Source: a virus
Direction: 5' to 3' (one strand)
IMG/VR virus record: IMGVR_UViG_3300017744_000003
Location: 9,000 to 72,999 of that record
Length of the DNA stretch: 64,000 nt
The first letter of the stretch is position 1; each line of letters starts with the position of its first letter. Under the pieces are notes generated by a model, which saw only the letters and a list, made by a program, of their open reading frames with translations, was not told the origin of the DNA and ran no database searches. Positions 1 to 8,689 of the stretch are shown here, in pieces. The translations under genes and the position numbers were made by a program.

Positions 1-1
1 G

Positions 2-346
2 AACACATCACATGGTACGCACAAGCCTCATGAGTTTATACCTAATCCTATTTCACAAATACTCGGTAGTAATAAGTATACCCACTATGGTGTTAAGGTT
101 GATGGAGACAAACTATCAATAAGTATGTCACTACGAAACGGCGGTCAAATGCGTTCTAGGGCTATAAACTTTCATATAGATATGGAGCGTATTCCGAGAG
201 TAGCTACAGTACTAGAGAGGCTAGACGCTACTTGTCTACCATATATTAGAGATGGTCATAGAGACGATATTCTAAAGATATGGTTAAGGTATAGTCAAAA
301 CACACTAACGGCCAGGCTTAAAAAGTACATGCGGGAGGGTAAGTAA
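2..346 (+). CDS. 5'-truncated virion morphogenesis protein (probably neck/tail completion); function not identified
   Basis: The frame of the 125..346 ORF is open back to the window start. It lies directly upstream of the tail genes. Confidence 0.55.
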   Translation, partial: NTSHGTHKPHEFIPNPISQILGSNKYTHYGVKVDGDKLSISMSLRNGGQMRSRAINFHIDMERIPRVATVLERLDATCLPYIRDGHRDDILKIWLRYSQNTLTARLKKYMREGK

Positions 347-347
347 A

Positions 348-1067
348 ATGGCTATACCCTTTTGGAAACTAGAAGAAGCCTTTATGGGCATCTTCACGGG
401 AAAGGTAATGCAAGATAGGAATGGTCGAAAAGTCGTTGTTCCTGTCTTCATAGACTACCCTGACATTGAGGAGTCACCTGAGCGAAGGTTTCCTTCTATC
501 GCTGTACTTTTCCAAGGAATGACTCCGGACACCGAAATGTATAACTCCGATATGGACAGAGTGGTAGACGTAGATTATACGACTTCACCTCCTACGTTTG
601 TTACGAGGCGTATGGCTGAGTTTTACGATATAACGTATGAGGTCACCTCATACACTCTTAGCGCCTGGGAAGATAGAGAACTGACTCGTTGGGTAGAGTC
701 GCGTCTTTTACCAAGAGACGCTCTTGTCGTAGGTCAAGATTCTTATCATATTTTTAGAGAATCTTTCTCGGTGGCAGACTCTGTTGACGTAGATACAGTG
801 ATCTATGAGAAGTCTTGGACGTTTAATATTAAGGCAGATATTGAAGATACGGACAACGATAACTACCAAAAGGGTGTAAATGAGGTTAGAATACATTCTA
901 ACGTAGTCAGAACTGAGACAAAAAAAATAGAATCGAATGGTACATCTCGTACCCAATATGTATATAATGCCCCCAAGTCTGCTGACAATGCAGAAGACGC
1001 GGAAAAATTATTGCACCGCGTCATAGCTTTTGATGACCAAAATTACTGGTTTCCTAATAAAAAGTGA
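348..1067 (+). CDS. Putative tail terminator / sheath-capping protein (Pvc16/DUF4255-like position)
   Basis: 239 aa directly upstream of the sheath. The FPSIAV and YDITYEVTSY patterns resemble tail-terminator folds. Assignment is mainly positional. Confidence 0.55.
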   Translation: MAIPFWKLEEAFMGIFTGKVMQDRNGRKVVVPVFIDYPDIEESPERRFPSIAVLFQGMTPDTEMYNSDMDRVVDVDYTTSPPTFVTRRMAEFYDITYEVTSYTLSAWEDRELTRWVESRLLPRDALVVGQDSYHIFRESFSVADSVDVDTVIYEKSWTFNIKADIEDTDNDNYQKGVNEVRIHSNVVRTETKKIESNGTSRTQYVYNAPKSADNAEDAEKLLHRVIAFDDQNYWFPNKK

Positions 1068-1075
1068 GGTGAAGT

Positions 1076-2902
1076 ATGGGTTATAACCGCCCAGATGTTT
1101 ACATTGAAGAGATTCTAACTCCCGATACTGCTCCTAGCGGTGTCTCAACAAGTATTGCGGCTTTTGTTGGTGCTGCGCAACGTGGACCAGCTAATACTCC
1201 TATTTTTATAGATAGTTTTAGTTCGTTTATCCGTATCTTTGGTGCGGCGGTCACTAATGAATCTATGTACTACAGTGTTCGTTCGTTCTTTGAGAACGGC
1301 GGAGCTGCTTGTTACATTGTTCGTGTAGTTGATATTAGCGCTACAGAAGGTGGTGCTCCCGCTGTGATTGCTGCTAACGAGACTATCCCTTCTGCGGCGG
1401 GCGGTGATACACTCAAGTTCTCAGCGGGATATCGAGGTAAGTTTAGTTTCGGTCCCAAGGGGAAAGATCTTAACGTCAAGATTTCTGCCAACGAAAGTTT
1501 CACCCTAAGCGGTTTAAGCGTTGGTGCGGCAATAGGTGACACTTCCTTAAAACTGACTTCCTCAAATGGTCTTATTGCAGGCGATATTATTAAGGTAGTT
1601 GTTACTGAAGGTGATTTTTACTTAAAGGTAGTAGGTACCAGGACTGTAGTAGAAGCGGGTACTATTGTACGTTATGTAGATCTTGCTTCTCCTATTGAGT
1701 CTGCTTTTACTTCATTAGCCTCGGCGATAACTCTTCTCGCATACGATATTGATGTGATTGAAGACGGAGAGACTCTTGAGTCTTTCTCCCGTTTAACAAT
1801 GAACCCCGACTCTGACCAGTACTTTGAGACTGTTATTAACGATGAACAAGTTGGTTCTAGGTTCGTTAAAGTAGAAGACCTCGGACTTGGTCAACTCTTG
1901 TCTAACTCAAAAGAACTAGTAGCCTCGGTTACTTATAGTCTTTCAGATAATGGCGAAGATGAGTTGGCAGGTGTTACGATTGCCGATGATATTCTTGCGG
2001 GTGCTTTACCCTCTCTTGAGGCAAAAAGATCAGTAAACCTTCTATGTGTACCACCTTCACTAAGTGACTCGGGTATCGTTGCGGTTGCTGATATGCCAGT
2101 TCTCCATGCAGGTATGCTTGAGTTCTGTGGTAACCGAATGGACATGTTCGCTATTCTTGACGCTCCAAGAGCACTCACTGCTGACGCTAGCGCATCGGGT
2201 AGTGTTGGTGAGTACCGAAAGAATACTTTGGGCGTGGACACTTATTGGGGAGCACTTTACTTCCCACAGATTCGTGTTCCTTTGAAGTCCGGTAGTACTC
2301 AGTTACTTGATATTCCTCCAAGTGGCGCAGTTGCTGGTCTGTATTCAAGAGTAGATTCTATTCCTGCACCTAGAGGCGGTATTTCTACGGCTCCCGCAGG
2401 TCACGGTGACTTTGGTTCACTTCGTGGCGTGAGCGGTACTTCTCTTGAAGTGAGTGATGCAAAGCATGGTGATCTTAACGTGATTGGTGTTAACTGTATC
2501 CGTGTTGTTGATCGTGCTGAAGGTGCTTTACCAAGCGCACTTGTCTTGGGGTCAAGAACACTTAGCAGTACCCTTGACTTCCGCTACATCAATGTACGTC
2601 GAATGATGACTTTTATCGAGAAGAACGTAAAGTCTATTGGAGAGCAACGACTCTTCCGTAACAATGGCCCACAACTATGGTCAGAGCTTACAGATGAGAT
2701 TACTTCTTTCCTTACGCTCAGGTTTAACTTAGGTGAACTTGCAGGTAATAATCTAAATGAAGCGTTCTTCGTCAAGATTAATTCTGAGACAAACACGGCT
2801 GAAAATATCCGCCAGGGTATCTTGGTGGGTGAGATAGGTATTGCCTTACTTCGCCCTGCGGAATTTGTTATCTTCCGCTTCAGCCAGATTCAATCTAACT
2901 AA
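1076..2902 (+). CDS. Contractile tail sheath protein
   Basis: N-terminal RPDVYIEE and TSIAAFVG..QRGP; internal ALYFP, PPSGAVAG and GSRTLS..FRYINVRR; C-terminal IGIALLRPAEFVIFRFSQ. GAGGTG SD. Confidence 0.97.
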   Translation: MGYNRPDVYIEEILTPDTAPSGVSTSIAAFVGAAQRGPANTPIFIDSFSSFIRIFGAAVTNESMYYSVRSFFENGGAACYIVRVVDISATEGGAPAVIAANETIPSAAGGDTLKFSAGYRGKFSFGPKGKDLNVKISANESFTLSGLSVGAAIGDTSLKLTSSNGLIAGDIIKVVVTEGDFYLKVVGTRTVVEAGTIVRYVDLASPIESAFTSLASAITLLAYDIDVIEDGETLESFSRLTMNPDSDQYFETVINDEQVGSRFVKVEDLGLGQLLSNSKELVASVTYSLSDNGEDELAGVTIADDILAGALPSLEAKRSVNLLCVPPSLSDSGIVAVADMPVLHAGMLEFCGNRMDMFAILDAPRALTADASASGSVGEYRKNTLGVDTYWGALYFPQIRVPLKSGSTQLLDIPPSGAVAGLYSRVDSIPAPRGGISTAPAGHGDFGSLRGVSGTSLEVSDAKHGDLNVIGVNCIRVVDRAEGALPSALVLGSRTLSSTLDFRYINVRRMMTFIEKNVKSIGEQRLFRNNGPQLWSELTDEITSFLTLRFNLGELAGNNLNEAFFVKINSETNTAENIRQGILVGEIGIALLRPAEFVIFRFSQIQSN

Positions 2903-2914
2903 GGAGTTTAGACA

Positions 2915-3433
2915 ATGGCGATTTTATCAAAAGACGTATATAGAGGCTTTAAGTTCTCAGTAACACTAAGTGGTGGTCCGTTCTCTCTTACGAGAGCCGC
3001 CTTCCAAAAGGTGACTGGTATGAAGTCTGCTGTAGAAGTAGTAGAATATCGTGAAGGTAATATGCCTGACCGTATGGAGAAGATAGCAGGTATGATGACC
3101 TATGATACCATCACTCTTGAGCGAGGTATCTCTTATGACGATGACTTTAACGCCTGGATGAAACTAGTGTGTGATGGGACTCAAGCAAATGGGGAGATTC
3201 CTGCTTCTAGTCCTACACCGGACGTTGGCGCAAATAGTTATCGTTGTGACGTAGTAGTTCAACTACATGACAAACAAGGTCGTGCTGTAAAGAAGTATAC
3301 TCTTCTCGACGCTTGGCCTAGCGAATACACTATTGGTGACTTTGACGCTACATCTAACGATGTCGTTATCTCATCTCTAGTGCTTCAGCACCACGGTATT
3401 AAAGAGGAAGACCTCTTAGAGCAAGACGCATAA
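2915..3433 (+). CDS. Tail tube protein (T4 gp19-like / eCIS tube family)
   Basis: FKFSV, FQKVTGM, VEYREGN, ITLERG, AWPSEY..GDFDATSNDV. AGGAG SD; follows the sheath. Confidence 0.95.
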   Translation: MAILSKDVYRGFKFSVTLSGGPFSLTRAAFQKVTGMKSAVEVVEYREGNMPDRMEKIAGMMTYDTITLERGISYDDDFNAWMKLVCDGTQANGEIPASSPTPDVGANSYRCDVVVQLHDKQGRAVKKYTLLDAWPSEYTIGDFDATSNDVVISSLVLQHHGIKEEDLLEQDA

Positions 3434-3485
3434 GACATACATACTATAAAATAGTTTTCAACAACTTATAAAACAAAGGTTAGTC

Positions 3486-4313
3486 ATGATTACTGACAAC
3501 AATAAAGTTATTCTCCCTATCGGTGTCGAAGTTGATGGGGTACGTTATCGAGAAGTTACTTTGGACGAGATGACAGGTATCGACGAAGAAAACTTGTCTT
3601 CTCGCAAAGTGCGTAACAATGGGGCAAAGGCAATCACGCTTCTCCTAAGACGGTGTATACAGTCTATTACAGGTGTTATAGAAACAAAGCGTGACCCTTT
3701 GTCCCTAATAGATGATCGTATTGTTCGCAATATGTTTGTAGCAGACCGAGACTTCTTGGTCTTATGTATTAGAGCACTTAGTGGGAACCCAGAGGTGTTA
3801 TTAACACCTGAATGTCCTGCATGTGGTTCTAGTTGTGAAAGAATGATAGATGTTCGTGAGCTTGATGTTTATGAATGGGAAGATGACGTTCCTGTTGAGT
3901 TAAAGATTGAGTTACCCCGTGGCTTCTATAGCAAGACCACAAGTAAATATCACAAGGATGTAGTTTGGCAGTTTCCTAAAGGCTTGGGACAAGAGCGTAT
4001 TGCGTCTATGCCTCAAAATGAGGCGGGGACAAATCTTATCGCTTTAGGTCTTAAAGAAGTAGAAGGTCTTGAGACTTTACCTATGCCGGATGACGTTCGT
4101 AAGTTAAGCGTCCGAGATCGAAATGCTTTTGCTCAAGCTATCTTAGAGAACGCAGTTGGCGTAGATAATAAGGTAGACATTGACTGTCCTAATTGTGGCA
4201 ACGAATTTGAGGTAGAGGTCAACACCGTGGGTTTTTCCAATTTGGGTCAACAACAGACCCAAAAGGAATCAAAGCCTGGGATGAGTGGGCGCAAACTTCG
4301 GAAAAGGCGTTAA
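3486..4313 (+). CDS. Tail assembly chaperone (G form) with two CxxC motifs
   Basis: Lies between tube and tape measure. EMTGIDEE, DRDFLVLCIR, CPAC and CPNC. Confidence 0.8.
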   Translation: MITDNNKVILPIGVEVDGVRYREVTLDEMTGIDEENLSSRKVRNNGAKAITLLLRRCIQSITGVIETKRDPLSLIDDRIVRNMFVADRDFLVLCIRALSGNPEVLLTPECPACGSSCERMIDVRELDVYEWEDDVPVELKIELPRGFYSKTTSKYHKDVVWQFPKGLGQERIASMPQNEAGTNLIALGLKEVEGLETLPMPDDVRKLSVRDRNAFAQAILENAVGVDNKVDIDCPNCGNEFEVEVNTVGFSNLGQQQTQKESKPGMSGRKLRKRR

Positions 4314-4456
4314 TAAGAACAGTAGTTGCAGTAGCAGAGCGATGGCGTTGGAACAGATATGATATACTTAGCTTACCTTCTCGACAGAGGGCAATATACT
4401 TAGAGTTATACGAAGAAATTACAGACAAAGAGCGTGAGGCTTCTCGTAGGAGGTAG
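3486..4456 (+). CDS. Tail assembly chaperone GT form made by -1 programmed frameshift at G GGT TTT (4229-4235)
   Basis: XXXYYYZ slippery heptamer in the correct phase. The -1 frame is open 4235-4456 (73 aa, FQFGSTT...WRWNRYDILSLPSRQRAIYLELYEE...RRR*), has no ATG of its own, and ends 2 nt before the tape measure ATG. Confidence 0.85.
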
Positions 4457-4458
4457 GT

Positions 4459-7400
4459 ATGGCTGATACACAATTAAGTCAGGTGATCAAGCTCCAGATC
4501 ACGGGTACTCAGCAGATTGTTAGTTCTATCCAAGGGGTAGAGAAGTCTTTTGATAAGTACGCTAAAGCGCTCCGACGAACAACAAAGAGTCAAAAGAAAA
4601 ATAAAAACTCGATGCGTAAGTTAAGTGACCAGGGTATCGCTAATATGCAAGCGGGTCTTGTTCAGTTATCTACATATCTCTTGAATATGAATGTTAAGAT
4701 TAACAACGTGTTTGAGAATATGACGAAGCGATTCACTGACGCTGAAGACGCAATGACTCAACTTAGAATTACGATGGGTTTAACTAACCTTGAGGCTAGA
4801 ACTGCTACAGAAAAAGAAGGACTTGAAGGTTTAGCAACAAGTTACGATAAGTTTGAAGGCGTAATAGATAGAGTAGCTGCTACTACTGAGTATAGTAAGA
4901 AGCAAGTAGCTAACGCTTTTACTTCTCTTATCCAAAGTGGTCGTTCTGCTGAAGAAGCAATGAGTATGCTCAGACCTGTATTGCAGTTGACTACTGCATC
5001 TGCGGGGCAACTTGGTTTAGCAGAAGCTGTTGATATTGCGACTTTAACAATAGGTACTTTAGGTGGCAAAGTAGAAGATGTTAGAGGCAACTTAAATATG
5101 CTTCTGAGGACTACTCAAAAGACAAAGATTGGTTTTAAAGACCTTCAACATACACTAGGATCACTCAGAGCAGGATTTAGTAAGTTTGCTAAACCTGCTA
5201 AAGAAAGTGGGGAGACGAGAGAGTCACAGTTAATGGCTTTAGCCTCTATTGTTCGTGAAACGGGTTTAGGTCACGCTGAAGCGGGGCAAAAGGTAGACCA
5301 ATTCTCTAAGTCTTTGTCCGGTCTTGGTTCTGCTTTAATGAAGAATGAACTAAGAACATTTTTGGGCAAAGATGGTAAGGGTAGGTTCTCTCAAAAGAGG
5401 TCCGCTTTACTATTAATGTTTGGTATCGACCCTAACGCAGACCTTAGAAAACCCATGCAAGCTCTCTTCAGAAGGAACTCTATCACCAAAGACGAAGCCT
5501 TAGACTTAATGTTACAGTCAAAGTTAGGTAAGGTGAACGACGGTAAAGTTCAGAGGCTTGACTTAGGTCAAACCTTAGATACTCTTACTGGGGAATATGC
5601 TAAGTTAGTAGCCGGTAAAGGTAAAAAGAAGGCTGATGATTTTATCAAGGCTGCAATGGGTCAAGACGCGGCTGTATTCGTATTAAATGCAATTGCACAG
5701 AAGTCTACAAAAGTATTGAAAAATGTAAACGAGCAAGGAGCAAAAGTTTTCTATACAGCGGCTGAAGCGGGGCAAGCCTTTAGATCCGTAAGTAAAGAGT
5801 TAGCAAAAGACCTTAGGGATTTAGAGAACGCAGAAGCGGAAGCTCAGAAGACTCTTTCTTACAAGATGAAAGTTCTTACGGGAGCGCAAGACGCTTTATC
5901 TAATTCAATCTTTAAGCATGACGCTTATGCCCAGGCGGGTGTTGAGACCTATAAAGAGATGATAGTAGCTTCAACTACTTTAATGAATAACAACGAAGGG
6001 TTAGCAACAAGTCTTGGTTTTATGGGTCGAATGATGCAGTTACTGACTGGGTTTGGTACTAATATGGGCTTTATGCTTGTCGCTTCTGCGACGTTTAGTA
6101 TGGGTCTTAAACACGCTCAAGACTTAACAGGTAGGTCAACGAGGAGTCTTGGTGGAACAATGAGAGCGTTCCATACAGCGTTCTTAAGTCCTACTTTATT
6201 GGTTGTAAGACAACTTGCCGGCGGTTTCTTCTTATTAGGTTTATTAGTTGTTTCTACAATGCGTTACATCTCTGGAGCGCAAGTAGGTATAGGTAAGGGT
6301 TTCTCTGACGTTCTAAATACGGTGACACAGTCAGCAAAGGCTTTAGGTGGGTTTATTAATTTGGCCTTCCATAAAGACTATCAAAATAAGTCTGTAAGAA
6401 AATTGCGTGAGGACTTTGTTAGTCTCACAGAAAAGTCACAAGGTCTTAGGGTTGCATTGGAGAATGCCACACCAGGTACTGATAAATATAAAGAATTAGA
6501 AACAAACCTTAAAACTGTTAATAGTCAACTAGGGCCGCTACAAAAGGCACTAGGTGATTCGGGAGAAAAAGGTTTACGAGCCCTTGGGGATTCTTCGATT
6601 GCTAAGTCACTTGCTGGACTTGTAGATGTATTAAGATCACTAGGTAACGCTTTGTACATTGTGTTTGAATCAGCTATTAAGCCGGTTATGGGTGGAATTA
6701 AGACTATATTTTTTGTTCTAGGCCAGGCTTTCAAAGGTATATTCTTTGTCTTCAAGAAGTTATCCGACTTCTTAGGTTATACAACAACAGAGACTGGGTT
6801 TTTAACCGAGTCTTTGAAGGTTTTAGGCTACTTTATTGGTACTGTGTTTACAGGCTTTATGATGTTCAAGTCACTTAAAATACTAGTTGGAGTATTAGGT
6901 GGCTTAAAGAATATGTTTGTAAGTGCAGGAACAGGGATTGGTAAGTGGAATAACAATGTTAAGCGCTCAACAAGTTATCTAAATACTCATAAAACTGCAC
7001 TACACCAAAAGGCGACTGCCTTAGATAAACTGAATCTTAAGTATACAGCAGCTACGGGGCAAACTAAAAAATTAGGTGATCAAGTTGCTATATTAAATGA
7101 GAGAACAACCGCCTCAAAAGGTAAACTTGCGACTATGGCAGGTAGCTTAGGTAAGGCGGCTGGTAAAGCGGCCGCCTTCGGAGGTAGTTTAGCCTCTATT
7201 GGTATGCTTGTTTCTATGGCAGGCCCTGGTTATGAGTCTATGGGTAACGGTATCATGCAAGTAGGTATGGCCTTAAGCCTACTCATCGGATTATGGCCTG
7301 CTATCTCAGGATTTTTTGTTTTATTGAAGAGTTTTTCTATTACAACAGGTTTAACAATGCTTGCGGCTTTTTGGCCTGTTTATCTTGCGCTTGCGGCAAT

Positions 7401-7806
7401 TGCAGGAATTGGTGCAGCACTCTATTATGCGTTTAGTGATGATGAAGAAACACAGAAAACTAAGGGCGGATCGGGTGCTACTGCGGGTATGGCTAACGCA
7501 GTAGCGCCTATGGCTAGTGCGACAGTCAGTAATACTAGTATACCTACACAGGCTATGGCTAGCTTTACGGCACCTGGTAGCACTCCCCTTAGCCCTAGTA
7601 CAACTCCTATGGTAAATACAACCGCCCAAGGTTTCTCAGGGGCTAATGAGTTTGTTGGACCTCCTAATACCAGACAACAAACCATTAATATTAACCAAAA
7701 GATTAATATAGAAGAATCTGATAATCCTAGAGAAGTCGCAAAACTCGTTCTAAAGAAAACAAAAGACGCAGTACAGAGTGCAGATTCATTCGCATTCGAT
7801 TATTAA
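4459..7806 (+). CDS. Tape measure protein
   Basis: 1115 aa, Ala/Gly/Lys-rich helical. TP901-type region (ATTEYS..VANAF..L..SG), hydrophobic segments, AGGAGG SD, canonical position. Confidence 0.93.
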   Translation: MADTQLSQVIKLQITGTQQIVSSIQGVEKSFDKYAKALRRTTKSQKKNKNSMRKLSDQGIANMQAGLVQLSTYLLNMNVKINNVFENMTKRFTDAEDAMTQLRITMGLTNLEARTATEKEGLEGLATSYDKFEGVIDRVAATTEYSKKQVANAFTSLIQSGRSAEEAMSMLRPVLQLTTASAGQLGLAEAVDIATLTIGTLGGKVEDVRGNLNMLLRTTQKTKIGFKDLQHTLGSLRAGFSKFAKPAKESGETRESQLMALASIVRETGLGHAEAGQKVDQFSKSLSGLGSALMKNELRTFLGKDGKGRFSQKRSALLLMFGIDPNADLRKPMQALFRRNSITKDEALDLMLQSKLGKVNDGKVQRLDLGQTLDTLTGEYAKLVAGKGKKKADDFIKAAMGQDAAVFVLNAIAQKSTKVLKNVNEQGAKVFYTAAEAGQAFRSVSKELAKDLRDLENAEAEAQKTLSYKMKVLTGAQDALSNSIFKHDAYAQAGVETYKEMIVASTTLMNNNEGLATSLGFMGRMMQLLTGFGTNMGFMLVASATFSMGLKHAQDLTGRSTRSLGGTMRAFHTAFLSPTLLVVRQLAGGFFLLGLLVVSTMRYISGAQVGIGKGFSDVLNTVTQSAKALGGFINLAFHKDYQNKSVRKLREDFVSLTEKSQGLRVALENATPGTDKYKELETNLKTVNSQLGPLQKALGDSGEKGLRALGDSSIAKSLAGLVDVLRSLGNALYIVFESAIKPVMGGIKTIFFVLGQAFKGIFFVFKKLSDFLGYTTTETGFLTESLKVLGYFIGTVFTGFMMFKSLKILVGVLGGLKNMFVSAGTGIGKWNNNVKRSTSYLNTHKTALHQKATALDKLNLKYTAATGQTKKLGDQVAILNERTTASKGKLATMAGSLGKAAGKAAAFGGSLASIGMLVSMAGPGYESMGNGIMQVGMALSLLIGLWPAISGFFVLLKSFSITTGLTMLAAFWPVYLALAAIAGIGAALYYAFSDDEETQKTKGGSGATAGMANAVAPMASATVSNTSIPTQAMASFTAPGSTPLSPSTTPMVNTTAQGFSGANEFVGPPNTRQQTININQKINIEESDNPREVAKLVLKKTKDAVQSADSFAFDY

Positions 7807-7817
7807 GGAGAGAAGAA

Positions 7818-8354
7818 ATGATTGCAAAGTCAATAAAAGGCCGTAATACAAAGGGATTTATTCAGTCTATTCTTGCGGTGGGTGTATCTACTCCTATATC
7901 TTTAAACTTCCAGTTTAATCCTACAAAGATACAAGAGACGAGAGCAGTGAAATACAACTTCTCAGAGGCTCAAGGTCAAGTATTACCGCTTGCACAGTTT
8001 GGGATGATAGAACCCACCACCTTAAGTTTTAATCTGTTCTTTCATGCTGACCGTCGTATTAACGATATAGGTCTATCTGAAGAGCTGACCAAACTAAGAA
8101 GTATTATGCTTCCCAGAAAATTATCTAGGCTTACTTACTACGAGCAAGCTCAACCACATAAGTACAAACTATACTTAGGTGGTTATGGGGTTTTTACCGG
8201 TGTAGTGAACTCGTTAGATATATCTACGGTTGAATACCACAAGACTACTTTAGTGCCTATCAATATGACGGCTGCTATGGAGTTTACCATTGTAAGTTCT
8301 AGTTTTGCAGAAGACACTTCTTTCCTAACAGATATGACAGGTGGTAGGGGATGA
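7818..8354 (+). CDS. Tail tube initiator (CIS-tube / P2 gpU-like)
   Basis: FQFNPTKI, TLSFNLFF and FTGVVNSLDI motifs; follows the tape measure. Confidence 0.75.
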   Translation: MIAKSIKGRNTKGFIQSILAVGVSTPISLNFQFNPTKIQETRAVKYNFSEAQGQVLPLAQFGMIEPTTLSFNLFFHADRRINDIGLSEELTKLRSIMLPRKLSRLTYYEQAQPHKYKLYLGGYGVFTGVVNSLDISTVEYHKTTLVPINMTAAMEFTIVSSSFAEDTSFLTDMTGGRG

Positions 8355-8680
8355 GTTTAACTACAAGAAAAAGTCGATATAAAGAATACGGATTTGTTGT
8401 TTACTACGAGTACGAAGAACACTTTAGAAGCGCAACTTCTCTACCAAAGAAAGAAGTACTCACAACTTTGTTAAGACCTACTTCTTACGAATCTGAACTA
8501 GTTTTAATCAACCATAAAGTCAAACAGGGCGAGACACTACATAAGTTGGCGCTTCATTATTACGGAGACGCTCGATTTTGGTGGTTTATAGCTGACTATA
8601 ATCCTTTATTAACCGCAAACACTATCAAAGAGGGTGACATTGTCATTATCCCTCCTAACACAGAAGTGAACGCTTACTAG
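8351..8680 (+). CDS. LysM-domain baseplate protein (P2 gpX / T4 gp53-like)
   Basis: HKVKQGETLHKLALHYYGDARFWWFIADYN...IIP. Confidence 0.9.
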   Translation: MSLTTRKSRYKEYGFVVYYEYEEHFRSATSLPKKEVLTTLLRPTSYESELVLINHKVKQGETLHKLALHYYGDARFWWFIADYNPLLTANTIKEGDIVIIPPNTEVNAY

Positions 8681-8689
8681 GAGGTTATT

